A stretch of 64,000 bases of DNA from Planctomycetota bacterium (lineage in GTDB: Bacteria > Planctomycetota > PLA2 > JAEUHO01), in contig JBFWRP010000026.1 in assembly GCA_050248855.1 (NCBI GenBank), positions 1 to 64,000 of the forward strand, given 5' to 3'. Below are positions 1-9,205 of this stretch, one piece after another. The notes beneath the pieces were generated by a model. The model was not told the origin of the DNA. It did no database searches and saw only the letters and a program-made list of their open reading frames with translations. Both the position numbers and the translations under genes were made by a program. Position 1 is the stretch's first letter; each line of letters starts with the position of its first letter.

Positions 1-161
1 TGCGTCGGGCCGCGAAGTGCACATCCCGTGAGCCCCGAAGTTCTGGCCCCCGCGGGCGCCTCTCCGGGGCGGGCCTCTCCGCGTGCTCTCCGGCCTCTCG
101 CGGCCTCAAGCGGGATAGTGGCTCCCCGCTGGCAACTCGAGCGCGTGACCTGCGGCTCAAC

Positions 162-554
162 TCACGAGCTTCCTTTGCCGCCTTCCGCGGCGAGGTCTAA
201 CCGCACCCTGACCGCCTCCAGCAGGACCTGCGCGGCCTCGACCAGCGCGCGGGGGCGGTCCGAGTGCAGGGCGTACTGCAAGAGCGCGGTGGCCAGGACC
301 AGGGGATCCGGCGGAGATTCCGCCCTGGGCAGACCGCCCTGGCGAGCGCGGACAAGCCCGCGGCCAAGCACTTCGGTCGATTGCCCGGAAGGCCCTGTTT
401 CTTGGGCTTCCAGGGGGTCAGACGTGTCGTTCGACAAGCTGGGGGTCGCTGGTTCGTGCCCAGTGCCGCCCGCGATCTCCCCACCGCGGTCTTCAGGCGC
501 CCGAGCCTGATCTAAAGCCTCTGCGAGTCGATCGGCTTGCGTCCGGCGCGCCAC
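162..554 (-). CDS. hypothetical protein (uncertain)
   Basis: 130-aa ORF downstream of and co-oriented with the PP2C gene; no recognisable motif. Confidence 0.3.
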   Translation of the reverse strand: MARRTQADRLAEALDQARAPEDRGGEIAGGTGHEPATPSLSNDTSDPLEAQETGPSGQSTEVLGRGLVRARQGGLPRAESPPDPLVLATALLQYALHSDRPRALVEAAQVLLEAVRVRLDLAAEGGKGSS

Positions 555-641
555 CCCTCTCCATGCCTGCCTGGGACACGATCCCTGCCTGTCGGTCGGT
601 CAGCGGGCGCAGTGCGGGGGCGCGGTTGGAGCCAGCAATGA

Positions 642-1865
642 TCACGCACCGCTTGGCTCGGTGCGCCGCATGGGATGAGGGGCGATCCGGGCGACAACGA
701 CCGTCACGTCGTCGTCGCTGGGGCGCCAGCCGCGGTAGGTGCGCATGGCATCGAGGACGCCGTTCGCCACGGATTCCACGTCGTTGGCGCCTATCCCCGC
801 GAAAAGCGCGGCCACGCTCTCCTCCCCCCAGTGGCCACTCTCGGCTCGGTCTCCGCGTACCTCAAAGAGCCCGTCCGTGAAGAGCATCAGTGTGTCGTCG
901 GGGCCGATCATCGTCTTCCCCGTTCGCGGAGACGCCAGCTCATGCGCACGCGCCAGGCCCAGAGGAAGATTGGGTGTGTGGAGTTCCTCAAGGGTTCCAT
1001 CTGCGCGGCGGAGCAGCTGTGGTGGATGACCCGCAGTGGCAAACTCGAGAACATCGCTGCCCAGCTCGATCTTGAAGACCGCGAAGGTCACGAAGAGGCT
1101 CGTGTGTACGAGAAGGGATCGCGCGGCGTGGCCAAGCCTCCGTACGAACTCTGCGGGAGCCGCCTCCTCGCCGATCAGGCGCTGAACCATGGCGTGCATG
1201 CGACTGACCACCAAGGCAGCAGCGACGCCATGACCGGCGACATCCCCGATGCAGAGGTAGAAGAGCCCGTCGCGGGGGCGCTCGACGCGCACATAGTCGC
1301 CGCCGACGAAGGCATGCGGAACATGTCGGACCGCAACCTGCACGTCATCGTGATCCATTCCGGGCGAGATCAAGCTCCGGTGGATCAGCTCGGCAAGCGC
1401 AAGCTCGGCGTCGACTCGCTCGAGCGACGCGGTGAGCTCCTCTGTGTGGATCCGCTCCGCGGAGGCCACGCGACGGAGCTGCTTTGCCTCCGACTGGTGG
1501 CCTGCGGAGGTCTCTGCGTGGGCAGCGGCCGATCGCAACGCATCAAGCCGCAAGCGGCGTATCAGCACTTCCCGGGTCGTACCGACCTGGACCGCCGCGC
1601 CGTAGAGCACGGCCGAGCCGAAGGGCACGAGACCAGCCAACACGAACAGGCCTGCGGGCACCGAGAGCAGCCAGGCAGACAGCGGGATCGGCAGGGCCAG
1701 CACGAATCCGATCACCGTCCCAGGGTTGTAACGAACGTCGTATGTGGCTCGATGCCCGAGAACCCGAAGGTAGGCCCGCCAAGTTCCCTCGAGGGGCGGG
1801 CCTTCGCCGCGGGGGTAGGGAACCCTTCGCGGCTCCTCCGGTCTCGTCCTGGTCCGCATCAGCAC
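642..1865 (-). CDS. SpoIIE/RsbU-like PP2C-family Ser/Thr phosphatase with N-terminal membrane segments
   Basis: VGGDY, IGDVAGHGVAAA, AGHPP, LMLFTDGLFE and DDDVT motifs; hydrophobic N-terminal stretch; GGAG before the GTG. Confidence 0.9.
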   Translation of the reverse strand: MLMRTRTRPEEPRRVPYPRGEGPPLEGTWRAYLRVLGHRATYDVRYNPGTVIGFVLALPIPLSAWLLSVPAGLFVLAGLVPFGSAVLYGAAVQVGTTREVLIRRLRLDALRSAAAHAETSAGHQSEAKQLRRVASAERIHTEELTASLERVDAELALAELIHRSLISPGMDHDDVQVAVRHVPHAFVGGDYVRVERPRDGLFYLCIGDVAGHGVAAALVVSRMHAMVQRLIGEEAAPAEFVRRLGHAARSLLVHTSLFVTFAVFKIELGSDVLEFATAGHPPQLLRRADGTLEELHTPNLPLGLARAHELASPRTGKTMIGPDDTLMLFTDGLFEVRGDRAESGHWGEESVAALFAGIGANDVESVANGVLDAMRTYRGWRPSDDDVTVVVARIAPHPMRRTEPSGA

Positions 1866-1992
1866 GACGTCTCCCGCACCCTCGGCAGCGTCTCGCAGAT
1901 GGGGTCCACGCCGAGGCGGGCCTCACGCCGCGATCCCCGCACGTCACGCCGGGACGTGCCGCGGCTCCAACGCGCCCCCAGGTCGGTGTTGG

Positions 1993-2379
1993 CTACGAAT
2001 AGCGCACGCCACTCACTTCGACGATCGGCGTGGCATCGATCTCGCGCCATCGCAGACATCCCTCGACGATCACCTTCTGGCCCTTGCGCCAGCGCTCGAA
2101 CTGCGAGCGTGCTGGTCCGAAGGGCAGCGTGGCGAGAAGCGCGGGAGTGATGAGGTATTGGACGACTTGCCCCGACTCCTCGTCCCTGGCCATCACCACA
2201 AGTCTGCGCGCAGAGCCATGGGGAGGGACCCACTCTACGGTGAGGACGACCCCGATGGAGCGCACGGGCTTGCCGTCGTACTGCACCAAGAAGTGTTCGA
2301 GCTGGACGCCCGTGGGATGGCGCTCGAGAAGATCGGACCGCTCGCGCAAGATCGCTGCCGTATAGAAGAGATCGTCCAT
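1993..2379 (-). CDS. hypothetical protein (128 aa)
   Basis: Protein-like C-terminal part of ORF 1993..3078, starting MDDLFYTAA with GGAG upstream. Confidence 0.6.
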   Translation of the reverse strand: MDDLFYTAAILRERSDLLERHPTGVQLEHFLVQYDGKPVRSIGVVLTVEWVPPHGSARRLVVMARDEESGQVVQYLITPALLATLPFGPARSQFERWRKGQKVIVEGCLRWREIDATPIVEVSGVRYS

Positions 2380-3098
2380 CGTCCGTGACTCCAAAGGTGT
2401 GTACGGCCTGCGAGTCGGCCCGCAGGAGAAGTGGATCCACGGGCGCGACCGCACGTAGTCCACGGAGGGGACGCCCCTCGAACGCGTCGCGCTGCAGGTG
2501 TGTCCGCGCCCGGAGGTGTGCCGCGCCCGCCGAGGCAGGATTCGAGGATGTGGGTGTCGCACGCAATCAGCACGGAGCCCAGGCGCGATCCGATGAGCGC
2601 GGCGCAACCAGCAGTCGCGCAAACACGCGCACGGGGGATCGCGCGCGCGCGCCCGACGGCCGCATTCCGCGCTCGCGCAAGACGCCGGCATATGGTTCGC
2701 GTTGCGAGAGCATGTGAGGGCAGGGCACTCCCTGGGATCGCACCGCCAGGTCCACGTACTGCGACCGGCACACCCTAGCGCCAAGATGGGCGGAACTCGG
2801 GGGCAATCGTGATGACAGAAACGTGGACGTCTCGACGGCCGCACCGCGCCACCTCGACGCGTAGAGCTGGATTCCGCACGATTGGTGGCGTGGCGCCGAG
2901 GTTCGTCGAAGGCGCGGCATCCGTGTGGCTGGTCAGCGAACGGGATCCCCACGACGGTCATCGCATGTCCCCCGCTTGCCCGTAGGCACGGCCGGGACGC
3001 GTGGCCCCCAAGTCGCAGCTGCCAAGGGGGTCGAGGCGTCCTGGAGGTCCTGCCGCGGGGGGCAAAGGCCACGCCCACCGCGGAGCGACGCTTCGGGC

Positions 3099-3140
3099 GG
3101 GCTCACACACGGTCGATCCGGGCTCACACACGGTCGATCC
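3099..3140. repeat. perfect 21-bp tandem duplication (GGGCTCACACACGGTCGATCC x2)
   Basis: Read directly: 3099-3119 and 3120-3140. Confidence 0.95.
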
Positions 3141-3284
3141 TGTCCGCACGCATGCCTCCCGGTGCATCTTCCCCGGCGATCGCCCAAGACCTGCTCGCCC
3201 AGGCAGCGGGACGACGGCCCCGGAGCCTCGCGAACGCGGGTGCGATACGCTGGCGACACACTCGTCATGTCCCAGGAGGACGCG

Positions 3285-3686
3285 ATGCTCGATCGGATCC
3301 TGCCGCGCTTCGAGGGCGTGGCCTACGCGCTGCTGAGGGTTGTTACCGGCGTCCTGCTCGCGATGCACGGCACGCAGAAGCTCTTTGGCTGGTTCCGCAC
3401 CGGCCCAGGCCCCGAGCTCGGAAGCCAGATGTGGATCGGCGGCGTGATCGAGCTCGTCGGGGGCACGCTCATCGCCGTGGGACTGTTCACGCGGTGGGCC
3501 GCCTTCGTGTGCAGCGGCATGATGGCGGTCGCGTACGTGCAGTTCCACTGGAAGCTGGCCTTCGATGGCTCCTTCTTCCCGATCGTGAACCGCGGCGAGC
3601 TCGCCCTGACGTTCGCCCTGGTGTTCTTGTTCATCGCGTGTCGGGGCCCTGGCGCCCCCAGCGTGGACGGCAGTCTGCGCAAGTGA
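3285..3686 (+). CDS. DoxX family membrane protein
   Basis: LLRVVTG..HGTQKLFG..IELVGG..GLFTR pattern, 4 hydrophobic segments, AGGAGG SD. Confidence 0.9.
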   Translation: MLDRILPRFEGVAYALLRVVTGVLLAMHGTQKLFGWFRTGPGPELGSQMWIGGVIELVGGTLIAVGLFTRWAAFVCSGMMAVAYVQFHWKLAFDGSFFPIVNRGELALTFALVFLFIACRGPGAPSVDGSLRK

Positions 3687-3793
3687 TCCTCGTGGCGGGG
3701 GGCACGCCGCGGGCTCGCGCCTGGGATGCGCGAGACGGCAACGAGGAGCCCACGTCGGGCCCCGGTCGCCGCCGGCCGTACCCAGGGGCCGTC

Positions 3794-4489
3794 ATGGCGA
3801 GCCTTCCGTCCCTCGTGGCGATCTGCTTGGTGGGCGTCTTGGCCGTGGCCTCGGCCTGCGCTTGCCGTCAGGCCCCTGGCTGCCGCACCGCGGAGGCGAG
3901 GTGGCGATGGGACTCCGATCGCACGGGCGTCCAGGGGTCGACGGCGAGCGTGCCGCGGCAGTCGCCGTACGGGATCGAGCTTCGCGGGCCGGACTGGGGC
4001 AGGTTCCTGCGGAGCCTTCCGTGGAAGGACTCGCCGGGCGCCCACGGAACGCGGGAGAGGTACGAGGTGTATGACGTGGAGGCCCGCTCGCGCGCAACGC
4101 AGCGCGTGGTGTACGGGTTCCCGGCCCATGCCGGCACGTCCTTCACGGTGGTGGGCAACCAGCTCTACTGGCTCCACTTCGACCCGGGTACGAGCTTCTG
4201 CCAGGGCCACGTCGTCGGTGTGGATCTCGGGACCGGAATCGAGACGTGGCGTACACCCCTGCGGCATCCCCGTGTCATCAACCACAGTCTCTGGCTCACC
4301 GAGGCTTGGCTCGAGGTCGATGCGGGGCGTGTCCTCGTCTACGTGAGGGAGCAGGGCCGCCCATCCGCCCGCATGTGGTTCGATGCGGTCAGCGGAGAAC
4401 CGCAGTCCGCGCAGCGTTCCGCCATCACGCCGCGCCCCTGGAAGGCGTGCCGCCGGGGGGCGCCGCGGGCGTGTACGGATTCCCGCTGA
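3794..4489 (+). CDS. secreted or lipoprotein hypothetical with a PQQ-like beta-propeller repeat
   Basis: Signal-like N-terminus; VVGVDLGTGIETWR resembles a PQQ-type blade. Confidence 0.55.
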   Translation: MASLPSLVAICLVGVLAVASACACRQAPGCRTAEARWRWDSDRTGVQGSTASVPRQSPYGIELRGPDWGRFLRSLPWKDSPGAHGTRERYEVYDVEARSRATQRVVYGFPAHAGTSFTVVGNQLYWLHFDPGTSFCQGHVVGVDLGTGIETWRTPLRHPRVINHSLWLTEAWLEVDAGRVLVYVREQGRPSARMWFDAVSGEPQSAQRSAITPRPWKACRRGAPRACTDSR

Positions 4490-4532
4490 AGCACGACACG
4501 CCTTGCCGTGCGGCCTCGAGGGGCTGGCCGGG

Positions 4533-4940
4533 TCAGCCGCGAGCGCTCCCGTCCCCTTGCGGCACGTGACAGACCGCCTCGATGTTGTGGTCGTCGGGAT
4601 CCAGGACGTACGCGGCGTAGTAGTGGGCGTGGTAGTGCGGTCGCAACCCCGGCTTGCCGTTGTGCTTGCCACCCGCCGCAAGGGCCGCGCGGTAGAACGC
4701 GTCGACTTGCTCGTGGTTGTCGGCCCGGAAAGCGATGTGGAGCCGGGGCGTGGAACGCTGCCCCTCGCTCATCCAGATGTCGGTCTGCTGGGAGTCGCCC
4801 CAGCCCAGGTACCGAACGCCCTCGTCGTTCGTCCGGGGCGTCTCCATGAGCCGCCTGTAGCCAAGCGGGGCGAGGGCCTGGTCGTAGAACGCCTGGCTCC
4901 TGGCCAAGTCGCTCACCTGGAGGGCCATGTGGTCGATCAT
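4533..4940 (-). CDS. VOC/glyoxalase family protein
   Basis: MIDHMALQVSDLARSQAFY..HIAFRA..YAAYVLDPDDHNIEAVCH. Confidence 0.92.
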   Translation of the reverse strand: MIDHMALQVSDLARSQAFYDQALAPLGYRRLMETPRTNDEGVRYLGWGDSQQTDIWMSEGQRSTPRLHIAFRADNHEQVDAFYRAALAAGGKHNGKPGLRPHYHAHYYAAYVLDPDDHNIEAVCHVPQGDGSARG

Positions 4941-5037
4941 CGCTTGGCCCTGGCGGATCCCGGGAGGCGTGGCCATCCCGAGGCGGGACGACGCGCGCTC
5001 GGACCGCGTCGATCGATGCGGTGCGCGAGGCGCCCCG

Positions 5038-6765
5038 TCAACGCTCTTCCTTCGGCGGCAGCTGCAGCCGCACCGTGACCCGGTGCGAGGTGGCGCTCAC
5101 CTCGACGGTCGAGGACTTGGGGCCGTCCCGGTCGTCCGGATGGTTGGCGTGGATCTCGTAGGTCCGTTGCGGGTCCAGGCCCAGCGCGACGAGGCGGCCA
5201 CGCACGTCGGTGTGCGTCCAGTTCGTGCCACCGCCCGTCCGACGCGTGATGAGGGCGCGCGTCGGACGGCCTTCCGCGTCCACCACGTTCACCTCCACGG
5301 CGAAGCCAGCGGGGAGGGTGTGGGTTGCGTCTCCCGGCGTCCAGTCCTCGATGTCGAGGCCCCGCAGGTCGGGGCGGGCCTCGAAGGCCTTCAGCGAGAG
5401 CGTCAGGTTGCGGCGCCCATCCAGCGGTGGGACCGCGCGTCGCCCTTCGGCATCTGCCGTGCCTGCGGCGATCGACGTGCTCCGTGTCCCACGCTCCGTC
5501 GTGCGCACCTCCATGACCATCCACGGCACGCCCTCGACGGGCTTCCCCTCGCCGTCGTGGACGAGCAGCGTGCAGCCGCGCGCCGAGACGACTTCCAGGA
5601 CCATGTCGCTGGCTGCGCCATGGTGCGAATGGACAGGACTCGCGGCCCACGTGGGTCCTTCGTCGACGCGCAGTCCCACGCCGTCGGGCCCAAGTCCCTC
5701 GAGGCGGAAGCGCCCGTCTTCGCCGGTCGTGGAGCTCGCCAAGACCTGTGGGTGGCCGCCGATCTCGTCGGCACCATGCAGCGCCACGACGCGGGCGCCT
5801 GCCACGGGGTGTCTGTGCTCATCGACAACGCGCCCCTCCACGACGAGCCCCTCCTCCATCTGGACGGCCACCTCGCGCTGCCCCGGCGCGAGGGCGATCG
5901 ACCGCGCGGCCCACGGCAAGGGGTTCCCCTTGGCATCGGTGGCTGCATAGACGAGCAGGGAGAGCCCTTCCGCCTCCCCGGGGGGCCCCGGTCGACCGCT
6001 GGCCGCTTCCTCCACCGGGGGCAGCTCGATGGTGACCTCGCCGTTGCGGGCCGAGTGCGTCCGTGTGCCGCGACGATGCGCGAGATGGACCCTGACGTTG
6101 GCGGGGCGCTGGCCATCGGGCCCGGTCACGACCACGCGCAGCTCGGGCTGCTCGATGACCGGGGCGTCCTTCCAGACGACGAGCTTGACGCGATCGGTCT
6201 CCACGGGCACGTCGAGAATGGGCGCCCCGGGACGGTCCATCAGCTCGAGCGCGGCGCCCGCGTGCTTGCCGGGGATGGCCAGCAGGCGAATCGGGCTCCG
6301 TGGGCGATGGCGCAGGACGTGCTGCCCGTAGGCGCGCGGTTCGACGCTGCGATCGCGGTCGACCTCGTAGATGAGCTTGGCGAACGCAGGCAGCCCTCGC
6401 TCGTCGACGAGGGTGATGGTCAGGGTCCGGCCGGGCGGCAGGGTGATGGTGGCGGGCAGCTCGCTCGCGTCGCCCGAAAGCACGAGCTCCGCCAAGTCGC
6501 CACGCGCCGAGGGAGGCGTGACGATCACGCCATGGATGCCGTCCGCGTCGCCGGCAGGCAACACCGCGATGCCGACCTCGTCACTCCGCACGGGCTTCAC
6601 GAACGAGCTGGGCACTTCGGGCCACAGGATGTGCACCACGGCCCCCGCGACGGGCTTGCCGTCGCCGTCGAGGATCGTGAGGCGGCGAGCCTCGGTCTCC
6701 TCGCCCGCCAGCGCAAGCGAACACGAACCGACGACGACGAGCCCTGCCAACCACCCGTGCCTCAT
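5038..6765 (-). CDS. secreted carboxypeptidase-regulatory-like (prealbumin-fold) repeat protein
   Basis: Signal peptide; repeated D.xG.PV.GA.V / T..DG.F modules; GGAGG upstream of the ATG at 6765. Confidence 0.8.
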   Translation of the reverse strand: MRHGWLAGLVVVGSCSLALAGEETEARRLTILDGDGKPVAGAVVHILWPEVPSSFVKPVRSDEVGIAVLPAGDADGIHGVIVTPPSARGDLAELVLSGDASELPATITLPPGRTLTITLVDERGLPAFAKLIYEVDRDRSVEPRAYGQHVLRHRPRSPIRLLAIPGKHAGAALELMDRPGAPILDVPVETDRVKLVVWKDAPVIEQPELRVVVTGPDGQRPANVRVHLAHRRGTRTHSARNGEVTIELPPVEEAASGRPGPPGEAEGLSLLVYAATDAKGNPLPWAARSIALAPGQREVAVQMEEGLVVEGRVVDEHRHPVAGARVVALHGADEIGGHPQVLASSTTGEDGRFRLEGLGPDGVGLRVDEGPTWAASPVHSHHGAASDMVLEVVSARGCTLLVHDGEGKPVEGVPWMVMEVRTTERGTRSTSIAAGTADAEGRRAVPPLDGRRNLTLSLKAFEARPDLRGLDIEDWTPGDATHTLPAGFAVEVNVVDAEGRPTRALITRRTGGGTNWTHTDVRGRLVALGLDPQRTYEIHANHPDDRDGPKSSTVEVSATSHRVTVRLQLPPKEER

Positions 6766-6902
6766 GCGCTTCCTCCCGTCCCGCATCTGCGGCCAAGGGG
6801 CACGGTACGCGGCATGGCGGCGGCGTGCCTCGGCCCCCTCGCCAGCGAGGCGCGAATCCGCCACGTGGTTGCAAAGGCCCACGCCGTGCGGGGGCGCCGC
6901 GG

Positions 6903-8603
6903 CTACGGACCGTCCGGCGCCGCAAGCTCGAGCGTCACGGTCACGCGGGAGGAGGTGGCGGTCACGCGCACGCGGTCCGAGCGGACCGTCTCCCCGCCCT
7001 CGACACGTCGGGCCTGGAGCTCCAGCGGCGCGTCGGGGTCGAGGCCACGGAGGGTCGCACGTCCGAGTGCGTCGGTCTGCTGGTTCACGGTCGCGCGGTC
7101 CTGCTCGTAGAAGCAGGCGATCATGGCGCGCACCGGGCGTCCCTCGGCGTCGGTGACCCGGATGTCCACGGTGTAGGCCTTGGGCAAGACCACGGTCTTC
7201 GTCCCGGGTCGCCAAGGCTTGATCGTCAGCGACCCGAGGTCGGGTCGCTCGTCTCCGCACTCGATCTCGAGGCTCATGGATCGGCGCGGATCCAGCGCCG
7301 GGACGTCGATGCGGCCCTTGGAATCCGACCGCCCGGAGGCCAACAGGGACGACTGCCACCCGCCCGCCCACTCGTCGACCTCCATGACGGTCCACGGCAC
7401 ACCCGCGACGGGACGGGCTTCGGAGTCCACGACCAGGATGCGTGCAGGAAGGGCCAGGGGAGCCTCGAGCACGATCGAAGCGGAGGGGACCTCGAACCTC
7501 ACGCGCTCTCCCTCCAACCACCGTGGTCCGGCTTGCACTTGCAGCTCGGCGCTGCCTTCGGCCAGGCCGATCAACGAGAAGGAACCGGTTGCGTCGGTCG
7601 TGGCCTCCGCCAGGAAGCCGAGGGGCTCGTCGACGCCGGGCAGGACTGCGTGCGCGACGACGCGCGCGCCGGCAACCGGCCGTTGGCCCTCGTCCACGAC
7701 CTGCCCGCGGACCTCGACGGCGACCGGCATGTCGAGCGTGACGTCGCGGTCTTGCACACCGATCTCGCGCTGCACGGCGGCCCAGGGGAGGGGCTGCCCC
7801 AGCGCGTCCCGCGCCCCGTAGGCAAGCACGCGAACGGGTCCCTTGATCCAGGGAAGGAATCCGACGGCCGCTTCTCCCCGGATGGCGCGCGCCGCCGTCA
7901 CGTGATCGGCGCGGGAGGCCACGACGTAGGCGCGGGCCGGTGCAGATCCGTCGGGGCCGCGGACGTGGATGGCCGTTTGGGGGTACTCCGGCTGGGTGGT
8001 CGGGGTCCAGACGGAGAGCGTGAGCGCCTCGGTGCCCACGGCGACGTCCACGAACGGGGCCGCAGTCTCTCCGAGCACCTGCTCCCAGACCGAGGCAGCG
8101 TGCAAGGGGATGGCGAGGACGCGTACCGGCGCCCGGGGCAGTCCCCGCAGCATCTCGCGTGCGTACAGGGGAGCGCAGCCGCTTCGACGTCCGTCCACGG
8201 TGGTCCAGAGGACGAGGGCGAACCGGGCCACGCCCCTGCCATCGATGACGCTGCAGTCGATCGCGCGACCAGGTGGCAGCGTGACGGGTCCGCCCGCTCG
8301 CGGATCCCACCCCTCGACGGTCGTGGCCGCCAAGTCCGGCCGACTCGCAGGCGGGTGCACGTCCAGCTTCACCGTCGCGGACAGCGACCCGCCGTCGAGG
8401 CGCGCCGTGCCGTCGGACCCCGTCACTTTCACCGGGACGGGTATCTCACCGAACGGGTGGCCCTCCACGTACACGCGGGCCCCCACGACCGGCTTGCCGG
8501 CCGTGTCGAGGACCGTCACGCTCGGAGCCGGTTGCTCGTCACCGGCCCGCGCACTTGCCGCGCCCAGAAGGAGCAGCAGGACCCCGCACCACGTCCGCGA
8601 CAT
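6903..8603 (-). CDS. secreted carboxypeptidase-regulatory-like repeat protein, tandem paralog of 5038-6765
   Basis: Colinear shared motifs with the neighbour (LPPGR, PLPWAA, VAGARVVA, GVPW.VMEV, RPDL). Confidence 0.82.
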   Translation of the reverse strand: MSRTWCGVLLLLLGAASARAGDEQPAPSVTVLDTAGKPVVGARVYVEGHPFGEIPVPVKVTGSDGTARLDGGSLSATVKLDVHPPASRPDLAATTVEGWDPRAGGPVTLPPGRAIDCSVIDGRGVARFALVLWTTVDGRRSGCAPLYAREMLRGLPRAPVRVLAIPLHAASVWEQVLGETAAPFVDVAVGTEALTLSVWTPTTQPEYPQTAIHVRGPDGSAPARAYVVASRADHVTAARAIRGEAAVGFLPWIKGPVRVLAYGARDALGQPLPWAAVQREIGVQDRDVTLDMPVAVEVRGQVVDEGQRPVAGARVVAHAVLPGVDEPLGFLAEATTDATGSFSLIGLAEGSAELQVQAGPRWLEGERVRFEVPSASIVLEAPLALPARILVVDSEARPVAGVPWTVMEVDEWAGGWQSSLLASGRSDSKGRIDVPALDPRRSMSLEIECGDERPDLGSLTIKPWRPGTKTVVLPKAYTVDIRVTDAEGRPVRAMIACFYEQDRATVNQQTDALGRATLRGLDPDAPLELQARRVEGGETVRSDRVRVTATSSRVTVTLELAAPDGP

Positions 8604-8681
8604 CGGTGGCTCCCCGCAGTGCCCGCTTCGGGCGAACCCACGGTACGAGCACGGCCGGCGCGGGGCACCCGGTGAGCTCCG

Positions 8682-9026
8682 TCAGATGCGGCGGTAGACG
8701 ATCGCGACGGGCCCGCCGCGCGCAGCGAGCTCGCCCGCTGCCACGCTGAAGTGGGCCGTGGGGCCGCCGCAGCAGAGCTCCACGCGGTCGCCCACGCGGC
8801 TCCAGCGACCGCGGGCCGCGATTCGCGACGAGCCGGCCTCGGCGCGACCGTCGGGGGTCAGGGTCAGGACGGGGTGGCCGAACCGGGCCTCGAGGGCCGC
8901 GATCGCGCGCTCCCGGCCGTTCTCCGGAACCAGCCCCCGGCGCACGAGGTCCTCCACGATGGCCGCGTGGTCCAAGACCCAGCGGCCATGGACCGGGACG
9001 CCGAGCGAACGCATCGGAGCTGACAC
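8682..9026 (-). CDS. small hypothetical protein inside the direct repeat (copy 1)
   Basis: GGAGGAGG SD before GTG; frame preserved in both repeat copies. Confidence 0.65.
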   Translation of the reverse strand: MSAPMRSLGVPVHGRWVLDHAAIVEDLVRRGLVPENGRERAIAALEARFGHPVLTLTPDGRAEAGSSRIAARGRWSRVGDRVELCCGGPTAHFSVAAGELAARGGPVAIVYRRI

Positions 9027-9095
9027 GGGGCCTCCTCCCGGCCGCCGGCACGGGCGGCCAAGAGGCATGTACGGATCCGCGCCGGGACGTCGCAC

Positions 9096-9205
9096 CCGGG
9101 ACCAAAGTTGTCCGGACGTCCGGACAACCAAAGTCCCTGGTGTCCCGGATATCCGGGCTCTGCGGGCCGCGAAGTGTCCGGACGTCCGGACAACTTTAGT
9201 CCCGG
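9096..9205. repeat. 110-bp element: 31-bp terminal inverted repeats and three CCGGAYRTCCGG palindromes at 33-bp period
   Basis: Palindromes at 9107-9128 (22 bp, perfect), 9144-9157 and 9175-9192; arms 9096-9126 and 9175-9205 differ at one position. Confidence 0.92.

Noticed and set aside
7..19. GGGCCGCGAAGTG at the window start matches 13 nt inside the palindromic element
   Set aside because: Flanks do not continue the match and the sequence is GC-rich; cannot be called a third copy without upstream sequence.
2380..3284. Several overlapping 100-250 aa ORFs in the gap before DoxX
   Set aside because: Arg/Ala/Pro-rich translations without motifs or a clear RBS; none supportable.
9096..9205. 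CRISPR array or integron attC reading of the palindromic element
   Set aside because: Only three unequal units, the intervening sequences are the same in both copies, no cas or intI gene, and no RYYYAAC...GTTRRRY boundaries in the required order.
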